44,972 bases of DNA from Roseovarius sp. (GCA_023260815.1 JALQUE010000184.1:1-44972), one strand, 5' to 3'; shown: positions 9,839-19,170, counted from the stretch's first letter. Notes: a model not told the origin generated them from the letters alone. A program made the numbers and translations.

Positions 9839-11107
9839 TCACGCGCGAATCTCCGCCAGTAAGATTTCGGCCATGCGCGCGTTGATCTCGCCGCGCGTCT
9901 TCATACCGTCAGCGACATGCTGGACCTCATCACCCTCGGCACCTGCCGCGATAGCAATATTCTGGGCGTGCAAAGCCATATGGCCTTTCTGGATGCCATC
10001 GGTCGCCAGCGCACGGATCGCGCCGAAATTTTGGGCAAGCCCCACAGCGGCGACGATGCGGGACAGCCGCTCGGCGCTCTCGGCCCGCATGATGCCAAGC
10101 GCTAGCTGCGCGACCGGGTGGATGCGCGTTGCACCGCCCACAATGCCCAGGGACAGCGGAATTTCGATGGACCCCACAAGATCGCCAGTCGCGGTTTTTT
10201 CCCAGCGGGTCAGTGGACCGTAATGGCCGGATTGCGCGGCAAAGGCATGGGCGCCGGCTTCGATCGCGCGGGTGTCATTGCCCGTTGCCAGCACGACCGC
10301 CGATACGCCGTTCATAATCCCCTTGTTATGCGTCGCCGCGCGGTAGGGGTCGATGACCGCGAAATCGGCCGCTTCCAGCATCGTGTCGACCACGGCCGGA
10401 CCTCCGATCTCATTGGCGGGCCAAATTGCTTCGGCGCGGGTCAGGCGCCGGTCTGCAAGGTTCGACAGAATCCGCAGCAGGGACCGGCCACCGGTCCACT
10501 CGGCCAAAACTGGCGCGATCCGCTCAGCCATTGTGTTGACGGCATTCGCTCCCATGGCGTCCCGTGTATCCACGATCAGATGCACCACGACCATAGAGCT
10601 GAGCCGACCATCAAGCAGGCGCACCTCGACATCCCGCAATCCGCCACCTAGGTCCACGAGCATAGGATCGACCCGATCGCAGATGTCGCGGATATCGCCG
10701 ATCCTGCGCAGGATCTCGAGACGTGCGCGATGCGGATCGGCCACGTCAAGGATCTGGACTTGGGCAATCGTCAGCGATCCGGCATAGGAGGTGCGAAACC
10801 CGCCTGTGGATCGGCACCGCTTGGCGGAATTGCAGACGGCGGCAATCACCGAGCTCTCCTCGGTCGCCATTGGGATCAGCACATCTTCGCCATCCACAAT
10901 CATGTTGGTCGCAATGCCCATAGGGACAGGCATTACGCCAATGGCATTCTCCACCATCCGCTCGACCAGATCAGGGGCCAGTGATCCAGTATCGTTCAGT
11001 GTTTCGGTGCCTTGGCCTCCCTCGGGCAGCCAGGTTTTGAGCACCTCAAGTCGCTCGGTGCGACTGAGAGTTGAAAATCCGGTGAGTCTCGAATTGCGCT
11101 CGGTCAT
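9839..11107 (-). CDS. mvaA: Hydroxymethylglutaryl-CoA reductase, class II (degradative, NAD(H)-type)
   Basis: ENAIG, MATEESSV, DAMGAN, ILSNL, RAATHNKGIMNG, GNDTRAIEAGAH, GIQKGHMALH motifs; cofactor loop DRVDPMLVDLGGG. Confidence 0.95.
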   Translation of the reverse strand: MTERNSRLTGFSTLSRTERLEVLKTWLPEGGQGTETLNDTGSLAPDLVERMVENAIGVMPVPMGIATNMIVDGEDVLIPMATEESSVIAAVCNSAKRCRSTGGFRTSYAGSLTIAQVQILDVADPHRARLEILRRIGDIRDICDRVDPMLVDLGGGLRDVEVRLLDGRLSSMVVVHLIVDTRDAMGANAVNTMAERIAPVLAEWTGGRSLLRILSNLADRRLTRAEAIWPANEIGGPAVVDTMLEAADFAVIDPYRAATHNKGIMNGVSAVVLATGNDTRAIEAGAHAFAAQSGHYGPLTRWEKTATGDLVGSIEIPLSLGIVGGATRIHPVAQLALGIMRAESAERLSRIVAAVGLAQNFGAIRALATDGIQKGHMALHAQNIAIAAGAEGDEVQHVADGMKTRGEINARMAEILLAEIRA

Positions 11108-11137
11108 GTCATTTCGCCTTTTTCTCGGGTCTGAGGA

Positions 11138-11902
11138 TTAGGCCCGTATTAGATAGCCACCATCCACTGGCACTGCCGCACCGGTCATGAAACCCGCCGC
11201 CGGCGTGGTTAAAAACAGTATCGCGCCTGCGATCTCTTCCGGCGCCGCCCAACGGCCAATAGGGGTGCGTTCGCGCACCCGCCGGTCTAAGTCGGGCATG
11301 TCCTTCCGGGCCTGCTGCGTCAGGGGTGTATCCACCCAACCAGGCAAGATACAATTGGCCAAGATTCCGTCCTTCGCCCAAGCCACCGCCAAACTGCGTG
11401 TCAACTGAACCACACCGCCCTTGGCGGCCGCGTAGGGGGCCGTCACCTCGTTTGCCAGAACCGACAGCATCGAGCCGATGGTGACGATCCGCCCATCGCC
11501 AGATGCGCACAATCCCGGATAGAAAGCACGCGCTGTAAGAAAAGTTCCTCGCAGGCTTGAGTCCAGAACATCATCCCACTCCGCAAGACTCAGATCCTGC
11601 GGCGCACCACGTCGGTTGGTTCCCGCAGCGCAGACGATCACGTCCACCCCGCCCATATACCCATCCGACGCGCGGGCTAGTCCAGTGATTGCCGCATCGT
11701 CTGCGGCGTCAGCCGGAACGAACCAGACTGGCCCCCGGTCCTCAAGTTGGTTCATGGCATCTTGTCCGCGCTCGGCGGACCGTCCACAAATCACGACTTT
11801 GGCCCCCGCATCGAGAAAAGCGCCCGCCGTTGCCAGCCCTATTCCACTTGTGCCGCCCGTGATGACGACCCGCTTGCCTGTCAACTTGAAAAAATCGCTC
11901 AT
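11138..11902 (-). CDS. SDR oxidoreductase (KduD/gluconate 5-dehydrogenase-like)
   Basis: TGGTSGIG, YAAAKGG, PGWVDT, VDGG motifs; AAGGA RBS before ATG 11902. Confidence 0.9.
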   Translation of the reverse strand: MSDFFKLTGKRVVITGGTSGIGLATAGAFLDAGAKVVICGRSAERGQDAMNQLEDRGPVWFVPADAADDAAITGLARASDGYMGGVDVIVCAAGTNRRGAPQDLSLAEWDDVLDSSLRGTFLTARAFYPGLCASGDGRIVTIGSMLSVLANEVTAPYAAAKGGVVQLTRSLAVAWAKDGILANCILPGWVDTPLTQQARKDMPDLDRRVRERTPIGRWAAPEEIAGAILFLTTPAAGFMTGAAVPVDGGYLIRA

Positions 11903-11912
11903 TTCCTTGCCT

Positions 11913-13256
11913 TCAATTGGCGAGTGCATTCGGGAGCCAAAGAACAAGCGCCGGGAATAAGATGCACATCGCAAGCCCAAAAAGCTGAATCAGCACGAAC
12001 GGCACGACCCCGGAATAGATGTCGCGAATGCCAACTTCAGGGGGGGCAATACCGCGCAGATAGAACAGCGCATAGCCGAACGGAGGCGTAAGGAATGACG
12101 TCTGCAGATTGACCGCTACAAGCACGGCGAACCATGTCAACGTGATGCCCGAATTACCCAGCCCAAAATCAAGCGCGGCGATGATAGGTGCGAATAACGG
12201 CAACACAACGTAGCTGATTTCGATCCATTCAAGAAAGAAACCAAGGACGAAGATCAGTCCCATGATAAGGAACAGCGTCTGGTAAGGCCCTGATGCGATC
12301 GCCATTACAGCGTCTTCGATCATGTAATCACCACCAACGCGCTTGAATATTGCGCTGAAGACCGTAGCGCCGATCGCCACGGTCAAAATCATGGCTGAGG
12401 TCAGGGCCGTCTCCTGAACGCAACTTACCAGGTTTTTCCAGGTCAGTTGCCGCATAAAAGCGGCAAGCAGGGTCGCGCCAAGAGCGCCGATTGCGGCGGC
12501 CTCTGTTGGTGTTGCGACCCCGGCCACGATTGACCCAAGCACCCCGAGGATCAGTATGACTGGGGCGATCAGGTGTTTGACTAGGACGGCGATCGCCTCG
12601 AACGTCGAGACCTTTTCTTGCTGGGGACTCGGTGGTGCAAGAGAAGGGTCGAGATGTGTGGTGACGAGGATATAGAGCGCGTAAAGACCGCCAAGCATAA
12701 GGCCGGGAATAACCGCACCCATAAACAGATCACCGATAGATATCTGTAAAATGTCGCCCACCAAAACCAGCATAATCGACGGCGGGATCAGGATGCCTAG
12801 CGTGCCCGCGGAACAGATTGTTCCCGCCGCCAGCTTCATGGAATAGTTCTGTTTGAGCATCACTGGCAGCGCCATCAACCCAAGCATCACCACCGACGCT
12901 CCGATTATGCCCGTGCTTGCGGCCATGACTACACCCACGATCGTCACCGACAAGGCCAGCCCGCCCGGTCTCTGCGCGAACAGACGCTCAAGCGACAACA
13001 GAAGGTTTCGCGCGATGTTGGACTTCTCCAGCATCAAGCCCATGAACACGAACAATGGCACTGCCAGCATCAGCCAGTTGGTCAGGATACCCGTGAAGAT
13101 GCGGGAAGACACCGTATTGAGAAAAACAAGTGGAATATCCCCAATGAACGAGAAAAGGATGCCGACACCAGCTAGCACCAGAGCAACGGGATACCCCGAA
13201 AAAATTCCAGCGATGATCGCCACGACCATCGATATCGGCAGAATATATTCAATCAT
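11913..13256 (-). CDS. dctM: TRAP transporter large permease
   Basis: Multi-TM; LAVPLFVFMG, GTLGILIPPSI, ATPTEAAAIG, SFLTPPFG motifs. Confidence 0.95.
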   Translation of the reverse strand: MIEYILPISMVVAIIAGIFSGYPVALVLAGVGILFSFIGDIPLVFLNTVSSRIFTGILTNWLMLAVPLFVFMGLMLEKSNIARNLLLSLERLFAQRPGGLALSVTIVGVVMAASTGIIGASVVMLGLMALPVMLKQNYSMKLAAGTICSAGTLGILIPPSIMLVLVGDILQISIGDLFMGAVIPGLMLGGLYALYILVTTHLDPSLAPPSPQQEKVSTFEAIAVLVKHLIAPVILILGVLGSIVAGVATPTEAAAIGALGATLLAAFMRQLTWKNLVSCVQETALTSAMILTVAIGATVFSAIFKRVGGDYMIEDAVMAIASGPYQTLFLIMGLIFVLGFFLEWIEISYVVLPLFAPIIAALDFGLGNSGITLTWFAVLVAVNLQTSFLTPPFGYALFYLRGIAPPEVGIRDIYSGVVPFVLIQLFGLAMCILFPALVLWLPNALAN

Positions 13257-13827
13257 TCGTCTGTCCTCTGCCAGTAATCAAGGTGCTCAGATGCATCAGA
13301 ACTCGCCCAATGCCTGTCAGTGCCAGGCATCCGAAGCCGATCGGCAGAATGGATTTCACGAGATACCTGTCGACGAGTCCGCCGTAATCGGACCGCTCTC
13401 CAGTGTTGTAAGCAAATTCTACAAAGCCAAGGCTCAGCCAGCCAATAATTGCGCAAAAAGGTAATAGGAATAAGAGGTCGCCGATTAGATCGACTGTCGC
13501 TTTGCCGCGTGGCGTAAACCGCGCATACAGCATGTCGACCCGGACATGGGCGTTGCGCGCCAAGGCATAGGACATGCCTAGCATCACCATTACAGCAAGC
13601 AGATGCCATTGCAGTTCGGCCAACCCCATCAAAGTGAGCTCCGTGCCGAACAATGGGACTTCCACCTCCCAGGTCGCAAGCTGCCCGATGCGGAGAATCG
13701 CGCCAATGATCGCCACTAGGACGAGGGCCATCATCGGCAGGATCAGCCAGGCGGCGATACGGCCTGGCCATGCGCTTGCTTGGACAAGCGCATGGCCGAC
13801 CCGCTCCAAATTGGAACGATCCGTCAT
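13249..13827 (-). CDS. dctQ: TRAP transporter small permease
   Basis: 4-TM protein with ELQWHL and HVRVDMLY motifs, between dctP and dctM. Confidence 0.92.
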   Translation of the reverse strand: MTDRSNLERVGHALVQASAWPGRIAAWLILPMMALVLVAIIGAILRIGQLATWEVEVPLFGTELTLMGLAELQWHLLAVMVMLGMSYALARNAHVRVDMLYARFTPRGKATVDLIGDLLFLLPFCAIIGWLSLGFVEFAYNTGERSDYGGLVDRYLVKSILPIGFGCLALTGIGRVLMHLSTLITGRGQTND

Positions 13828-13834
13828 CTATTCA

Positions 13835-14872
13835 TCACTCCGCAGGATCTGGAATAGACTGCAACGATGTCCAGATTTCCGCCTTCGCGAGATAGTCCTG
13901 AATGGACTGATAAGCCTCGGCGAAAATCTCATCCTTGGCTGCCTGCTCTTCCAGAACCTCCTTGGATGCCACGCGAAGCGCATCAAGCACTTCATCTGGG
14001 AAGCGCTTGGTCTCAACGCCCATTGCGCGGAACTCTTCGATGATGGCGCCCTGCGGCTCCGGGGCGGCCGCCAGCGACCAGTTCACCGTTGCACGACAGG
14101 CCAAGAGAATTTGTTCTTGAGTCTGTTCGTCAAAGCCGTTCCACACATCCATATTCATAATAAGCGAGTTCCAGCTCGCGGGCTGATGCCACCCCGGGAA
14201 GTAGTAATACTTGGCGATCTCCGCAAAACCGAGAGCCTGGTCCACAACTGGAAGCGAGAACTCGGTTGCGTCGATGCGTCCTCGCTCCAGAGCAACGTAA
14301 AGCTCGCCTGCGGGCAGAAGTTGCGTTGTGGCGCCAAGTTTATTCAAAACTTGCCCGCCCATACCGGAAATTCGCATCCTCAGACCTTGGAGGTCTTCGA
14401 CGGAATTGATCTCCTGATTAAACCAGCCACCAGGTTCCGGCGCGGTCACGTGGCAGGGCAATAACTTGATGTTGAGCGGATCATAGGCTTTCTGGACGAT
14501 CTCCATTCCGCCCCCTTCCCACATCCAGCCGACAAATAGATCTGGCCCAGGCCCAAACGGCATGGCGCCCGCAAGCGCTGCGACTGGGATCGTGCCTCCC
14601 CAATATCCGACGAAATCCCATCCAGCCGGAATCGCGCCCGAACTTACCTGATTTAGAACCTCAAGGGGCGGCACCAGATCGCCTGCGCCATGCACCCGCA
14701 ACGTGACTTCACCACCGGTTGCGATCTCGATGTTCTTGGCGAGAACCTCGGCCCCCTCGCCAAGAAATGCCAGATTCTTTGGAAACGTGCTTGCGACATC
14801 CAGCGTCTCGGCGTGCGCCGAAACAGTGGCTGCCGCGGTCACCGCTGCCAATAAAGTTGTCTTTAATTTCAT
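13835..14872 (-). CDS. dctP: TRAP substrate-binding protein (DctP/TakP-like)
   Basis: Signal peptide ending AHA; GGWFNQEINSVEDLQGLRMRI with the conserved carboxylate-binding Arg; ALERGRIDATEF; YYYFPGWHQP. Confidence 0.95.
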   Translation of the reverse strand: MKLKTTLLAAVTAAATVSAHAETLDVASTFPKNLAFLGEGAEVLAKNIEIATGGEVTLRVHGAGDLVPPLEVLNQVSSGAIPAGWDFVGYWGGTIPVAALAGAMPFGPGPDLFVGWMWEGGGMEIVQKAYDPLNIKLLPCHVTAPEPGGWFNQEINSVEDLQGLRMRISGMGGQVLNKLGATTQLLPAGELYVALERGRIDATEFSLPVVDQALGFAEIAKYYYFPGWHQPASWNSLIMNMDVWNGFDEQTQEQILLACRATVNWSLAAAPEPQGAIIEEFRAMGVETKRFPDEVLDALRVASKEVLEEQAAKDEIFAEAYQSIQDYLAKAEIWTSLQSIPDPAE

Positions 14873-14938
14873 GATGTTCCTCCCTTAGTGCTACCCGGTC
14901 GTTCCGGGCCGATTTGGATCGTTGATACAGGCATCGGC

Positions 14939-14980
14939 TTGACTTCTGTGAACCCTCGCTGCAATCTGCGATCTCAGATC
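14939..14980. promoter_or_regulatory. Putative divergent promoter with GntR/FadR-type operator
   Basis: TTGACT at 14939 (-35-like) and the dyad GATCTCAGATC at 14970-14980 between dctP and gntR. Confidence 0.4.
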
Positions 14981-14991
14981 AACGATAGCAA

Positions 14992-15717
14992 TTGAAATCC
15001 GTTATGCAAGACGTTTCCGAGCCCCGCGCCGCATTCAAGGTTGGCAACCTGAGGCGTGATAGCCTCCAGCAGCAGATTTTCGATAGTCTGCGCGATGCCA
15101 TAATGTCCGGTGTGTTTCGCCCAGGGCAGGTTCTATCCAGTCGCGGGCTGGCCGAGGAGCTGGGCGTGAGCGCGATGCCGGTTCGCGAAGCGCTTACGCG
15201 TTTGACCACTGAAGGCGCGATGGAGAACACCTCCAGCCGCACAACCCGGCTCAGGGTTCTCAGCCCGCTGGATTTCGACGAAATCACGGCGATCCGGATC
15301 GAGATCGAAGGTATGGCGGCGGAACGGGCGGCCTCCGAACTCACCGATCTCGATTTAGCGAACATCCGCAAGCTCAACGCTGACCTGACCGCCGCTGCAA
15401 AAAGTGGTGATGCCGATTGGTATCTGAAGGCCAACGCAGCGTTTCACGCGGAAATCTACAAACTGTCCGGCTGGCCGCTCTTGCTGGGCATGATCGAAAG
15501 GCTGTGGCTTATGGTTGGTCCGTCCATCCGCGCAAGCGTGCCGGACTGCGCACATATGGCCACGTCGCAAAGCTTCCACGATCAGATAATGCAGGCTCTT
15601 GAGGCGCGCGATGGCAAACAGGTCCGAAAGGCCATTGTCAATGACATCAGAACCGCCGCGAAAGACATCCGCGCCTTTCTCGGCGCCGATCAAGACACCC
15701 CAGACAAAGAGGCATAA
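14992..15717 (+). CDS. GntR-family (FCD domain) transcriptional regulator; start may be ATG 15004
   Basis: LRDAIMSGVFRPGQ...LAEELGVSAMPVREAL wHTH; NAAFH and H-x-x-I FCD motifs. Confidence 0.92.
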   Translation: MKSVMQDVSEPRAAFKVGNLRRDSLQQQIFDSLRDAIMSGVFRPGQVLSSRGLAEELGVSAMPVREALTRLTTEGAMENTSSRTTRLRVLSPLDFDEITAIRIEIEGMAAERAASELTDLDLANIRKLNADLTAAAKSGDADWYLKANAAFHAEIYKLSGWPLLLGMIERLWLMVGPSIRASVPDCAHMATSQSFHDQIMQALEARDGKQVRKAIVNDIRTAAKDIRAFLGADQDTPDKEA

Positions 15718-15722
15718 GGCAC

Positions 15723-16502
15723 ATGACGTCACCGTCCCCCCTCACTCCGCCGAACGACTTGCGCGTTCTGATCACCGCAGGCGCCGCTGGAATCGGCAAG
15801 GCAATCGCCGATAGTTTCGCGACCATCGGGGCAAAGGTTCATATCTCGGATGTCAACGCTGAAGCTGTTGCTGGCGCCTGCTCGGATAATATCAGCGGCA
15901 CGGTCGCAGACGCAGCCGACGAAGCGGCGACGAAGGCGCTTTTCGACGAAGCCCGCCAGACCCTTGGAGGGTTGGATTTGGTCATTGCGAATGCCGGTAT
16001 CGAGGGACCGACTTCGACGATTGGCGACATCAGTGCAGAAGATTGGGACCGCACGATTGATATCAACCTACGCGGTGCCTATCTTGCAGCTCGCTTCGCC
16101 GCTGATGATCTGATCGCTAGCCGCGGAAGTTTCATAGCTATCGCCTCCGTTGCAGGACGTCTGCCCTTTGCATATCGCACACCATACGCGGCGACGAAAT
16201 GGGGCGTGATCGGCCTTGCTAAGAGTCTTGCGTCAGAGCTTGGCCCCCAAGGTGTGCGCGCCAACGCCATTCTGCCAGGTATTGTCGAAGGTCCCCGGAT
16301 CGACCGGGTGATCAATGCCCGCGCCGAAAAGCTGGGGCTTACCTATGACGAGATGCGGAAGCGCAACCTCGAGAAGGTCGCTCTTCGGCGCATGGTCAGT
16401 CCAAATGACATCGCTGCTATGTGTATGTTCCTGACCACTCCCGGCGGCGCCAATATTACCGGGCAGGCCCTCAGCGTATGTGCTGGTGTGGAGACGCTTT
16501 GA
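15723..16502 (+). CDS. SDR oxidoreductase, 2-deoxy-ribonate 3-dehydrogenase-like
   Basis: LRVLITAGAAGIG, NAGIEGPT, SVAGRL..AYRTPYAATKW, PGIVEGPRID motifs match my recollection of the deoxyribonate dehydrogenase subfamily that accompanies this BKACE type. Confidence 0.8.
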   Translation: MTSPSPLTPPNDLRVLITAGAAGIGKAIADSFATIGAKVHISDVNAEAVAGACSDNISGTVADAADEAATKALFDEARQTLGGLDLVIANAGIEGPTSTIGDISAEDWDRTIDINLRGAYLAARFAADDLIASRGSFIAIASVAGRLPFAYRTPYAATKWGVIGLAKSLASELGPQGVRANAILPGIVEGPRIDRVINARAEKLGLTYDEMRKRNLEKVALRRMVSPNDIAAMCMFLTTPGGANITGQALSVCAGVETL

Positions 16503-17452
16503 TGGACTCGTCCCCAAAGACGGCCATTATCGGCAGCGGACTGATCGGTTGCGGCTGGGCCGTGGCCTTTGCGCGCGGCGGATGCACAGCCGCGCTTTTC
16601 GATGCTAACGCCGAAGCCGCACAGCAGGCTAAGACAACCCTAACTCGTCTGGCCGAAGAGCTCGAAATGGCCGGAATGCTGGATGGACAAACTGCAAAGG
16701 ATATAACCGACCGCGTCCATATCGCCTCCGATTTGGATGAGGCACTGAAAGACGCCGTGCATGTGCAGGAGAACGTGCCAGAAAAGCTTGACGTCAAAAA
16801 GGCAATTTTTTCAGAGTTGGACATCCGAGCGCCGCGTGATGCGGTTCTTGCAAGCTCCACCTCCGCGCTACTGCCTTCGGCTTTCACCGAGCATCTGGAA
16901 GGCCGCGCGCGCTGCCTCGTCGCCCATCCTATCAATCCGCCGAGCTTGATCCCTGCGGTCGAAATCGTCCCGGCCCCTTGGACCAGTTCTTCTGCGATGA
17001 ATCGCTGTGCAGACCTCATGGAGCGCATTGGACAGAAACCAATCCGCATGCAGCGCGAGATTGACGGCTTCATCATGAACCGCCTGCAAGGTGCACTGCT
17101 GCAAGAGGCGTTCCGCCTTGTTGCAGCAGGCATTGCTACCCCTGAGGACGTGGACACCGGCCTTCGAGACGGTCTTGCGCCGCGTTGGGCATTGCTCGGG
17201 CCGTTCGAGACAATCGATCTTAACGCGCCGGGCGGGGTTCGGGACTATGTCGCACGTTACGGGCCGATGTATGAAAAAATAGCAGAGACACAGCGCGTCA
17301 ATACCGACTGGACCGGTGAAACGCTAGACCGGATAGAGGAGGCTAGGCGCGAGGTGCTGCCGCTCAATCAGATTTCGAAGGCGCAGGCAGAACGCGATTC
17401 CCGTCTCGTCCAGATGATGAAACACCTTAGGAAACACCCCAAGAAATCCTGA
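16502..17452 (+). CDS. 3-hydroxyacyl-CoA dehydrogenase family, lambda-crystallin/L-gulonate 3-dehydrogenase-like
   Basis: GSGLIG..WA, QENVPE, LASSTS, VAHPINPP, GFIMNRLQ, GPFETIDLNA; TGATG coupling to the SDR. Confidence 0.88.
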   Translation: MDSSPKTAIIGSGLIGCGWAVAFARGGCTAALFDANAEAAQQAKTTLTRLAEELEMAGMLDGQTAKDITDRVHIASDLDEALKDAVHVQENVPEKLDVKKAIFSELDIRAPRDAVLASSTSALLPSAFTEHLEGRARCLVAHPINPPSLIPAVEIVPAPWTSSSAMNRCADLMERIGQKPIRMQREIDGFIMNRLQGALLQEAFRLVAAGIATPEDVDTGLRDGLAPRWALLGPFETIDLNAPGGVRDYVARYGPMYEKIAETQRVNTDWTGETLDRIEEARREVLPLNQISKAQAERDSRLVQMMKHLRKHPKKS

Positions 17453-17469
17453 CCCTACGGAGGTCCAAC

Positions 17470-18405
17470 ATGCCCAAGACAAGCCGCAAGGTGATAATCA
17501 GTTGCGCAGTGACAGGCGCCATTCACACACCTTCAATGTCGCCGCATCTGCCGGTAACACCCGAAGAAATCATTACTGATAGCTTGGCTGCCGCCGAAGC
17601 GGGCGCGACCATCCTGCATTTGCATGCGCGCGACCCTGAAAACGGGCGCCCAACCCAAGACCCCGACGCGTTTCGCGCCTTCCTGCCCCAGCTCAAACAG
17701 GCCACGGGCGCTGTTCTGAACCTCACAACTGGCGGCAGCCCGCACATGACGGTGGCCGAACGCATGCGGCCCGCCGCCGAGCTCAAGCCAGAGGTCGCGT
17801 CGCTGAATATGGGCTCGATGAATTTCGGCCTCTATCCGATGCTCAACCGCTTCACCGAATTCAAGCACGAGTGGGAGCGCCAGCATCTCGAAAACAGCCG
17901 CGACCTTGTTTTCAAGAATACCTTTGCCGATATTGAGCACATTCTGACCACCGGCAACGCGAACGGCACACGCTTCGAATTCGAATGTTACGATACCAGT
18001 CATCTCTACTCGCTGGCGCATTTCGTGGATCGCGGTCTGGTCAAGGCGCCCTTCCTCGTCCAGACGGTGTTCGGCCTTCTGGGTGGCATCGGGGCCCATC
18101 CCGAGGATGTTGCCCATATGAAGCGCACCGCTGATCGGCTGTTCGGCGATGCCTATGTTTGGTCGGTGCTAGGTGCCGGGCGCAACCAGATGCCGATTGC
18201 GGCACAGGCCGCAGCGCAGGGCGGTAACGTGCGTGTAGGGCTGGAGGATTCGCTGTGGATCTCACCCGGCAAGCTGGCCCAGAGCAATGCCGATCAGGTG
18301 CGCAAGGTGCGCGAGTTGCTGGCTGGTCTCAGCCTAGATGTTGCCACACCTGATGAAGCGCGTGAGATGCTGGATCTGAAAGGCGGCGATGATGTCGCAT
18401 TCTGA
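17470..18405 (+). CDS. Beta-keto acid cleavage enzyme (BKACE/DUF849), ketodeoxyribonate-cleavage-like
   Basis: CAVTGAIHTPSMSPHLP, HLHARDP (Zn), TTGG, SLNMGSMN, EFECYD, RVGLEDS motifs; GGAGG RBS. Confidence 0.95.
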   Translation: MPKTSRKVIISCAVTGAIHTPSMSPHLPVTPEEIITDSLAAAEAGATILHLHARDPENGRPTQDPDAFRAFLPQLKQATGAVLNLTTGGSPHMTVAERMRPAAELKPEVASLNMGSMNFGLYPMLNRFTEFKHEWERQHLENSRDLVFKNTFADIEHILTTGNANGTRFEFECYDTSHLYSLAHFVDRGLVKAPFLVQTVFGLLGGIGAHPEDVAHMKRTADRLFGDAYVWSVLGAGRNQMPIAAQAAAQGGNVRVGLEDSLWISPGKLAQSNADQVRKVRELLAGLSLDVATPDEAREMLDLKGGDDVAF

Positions 18406-19150
18406 AACTGGGCCTGTCGTAATCACTGGCGGCAGCCGTGGGATCGGTGCCGCAACCGTGCTGGCACTTGCACGGAGTGGACGGCCTGTGGCGTTTTCCT
18501 ATGCCTCAAACAGCAAGGCGGCCGAGGCGCTGATCGAGCAGGTCAAAGAAGCAGGCGGGGACGCGGTTGCCGTTCAGGGTGACGTGACTGATGAACAGGC
18601 GGTCACCGCACTCTTTGACGCCTGCGATGCTCGCTTTGGCGCGCCAACCGGCGTTTTCGCCAATGCCGGGATCACCGGCCCTGCTTCACGCCTTGAGACG
18701 CTGTCTCTTGCTGATCTGCGACGCGTGTTAGACGTCAACGTGACGGGCACCGCGCTGACTGTGCAGGCAGCCACCCTCAGGATGTCCACTAAACGCGGTG
18801 GCGCGGGCGGGGCCATCGTTCTAATGTCCAGCCGGGCGGCGGCCCTTGGCGGCGGGAACGAGTGGGTTCACTACGCCGCGTCGAAAGGCGCCATTAACTC
18901 AATGACGATTGGCCTTGCCAAGGAACTGGGAGGCGACGGAATACGCGTGAACGCCGTGGCTCCCGGCCTGATCGATACGGAAATCCATGCATCTGCAGGC
19001 CTCGCTGACCGCCTTGCGACCAAAGCTAGAGACGTGCCTATAGGCCGCATAGGACGCGCGGATGAAGTCGCTGCGGCGGTAGCATGGTTGCTCTCCGATG
19101 CTGCGTCCTATGTCAGCGGTGCGGTCCTCGACATCTCGGCAGGGCGCTGA
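18392..19150 (+). CDS. SDR oxidoreductase (YgfF/glucose 1-dehydrogenase-like)
   Basis: TGGSRGIG, NAGI, MSTKRGGAGGAIV, YAASKGA, PGLIDTEIHA motifs. Confidence 0.9.
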   Translation: MSHSETGPVVITGGSRGIGAATVLALARSGRPVAFSYASNSKAAEALIEQVKEAGGDAVAVQGDVTDEQAVTALFDACDARFGAPTGVFANAGITGPASRLETLSLADLRRVLDVNVTGTALTVQAATLRMSTKRGGAGGAIVLMSSRAAALGGGNEWVHYAASKGAINSMTIGLAKELGGDGIRVNAVAPGLIDTEIHASAGLADRLATKARDVPIGRIGRADEVAAAVAWLLSDAASYVSGAVLDISAGR

Positions 19151-19156
19151 GTCGGA

Positions 19157-19170
19157 GGCACTGTTGCAGG
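19157..19170 (+). repeat. Solo IS6-family terminal inverted repeat
   Basis: GGCACTGTTGCA is identical to the first 12 nt of the IS26 IR (GGCACTGTTGCAAA); lies 6 nt after the SDR stop, at a module junction. Confidence 0.5.

Noticed and set aside
9839-11107. mvaA as evidence of a mevalonate isoprenoid biosynthesis cluster
   Set aside because: No HMG-CoA synthase, mevalonate kinases, decarboxylase or IDI nearby; NAD-type cofactor loop and catabolic context.
16502-18405. Carnitine catabolism (carnitine dehydrogenase + BKACE)
   Set aside because: No thioesterase, betaine/choline-type transporter or AraC regulator; the BKACE and SDR resemble the deoxyribonate-type subfamily instead.
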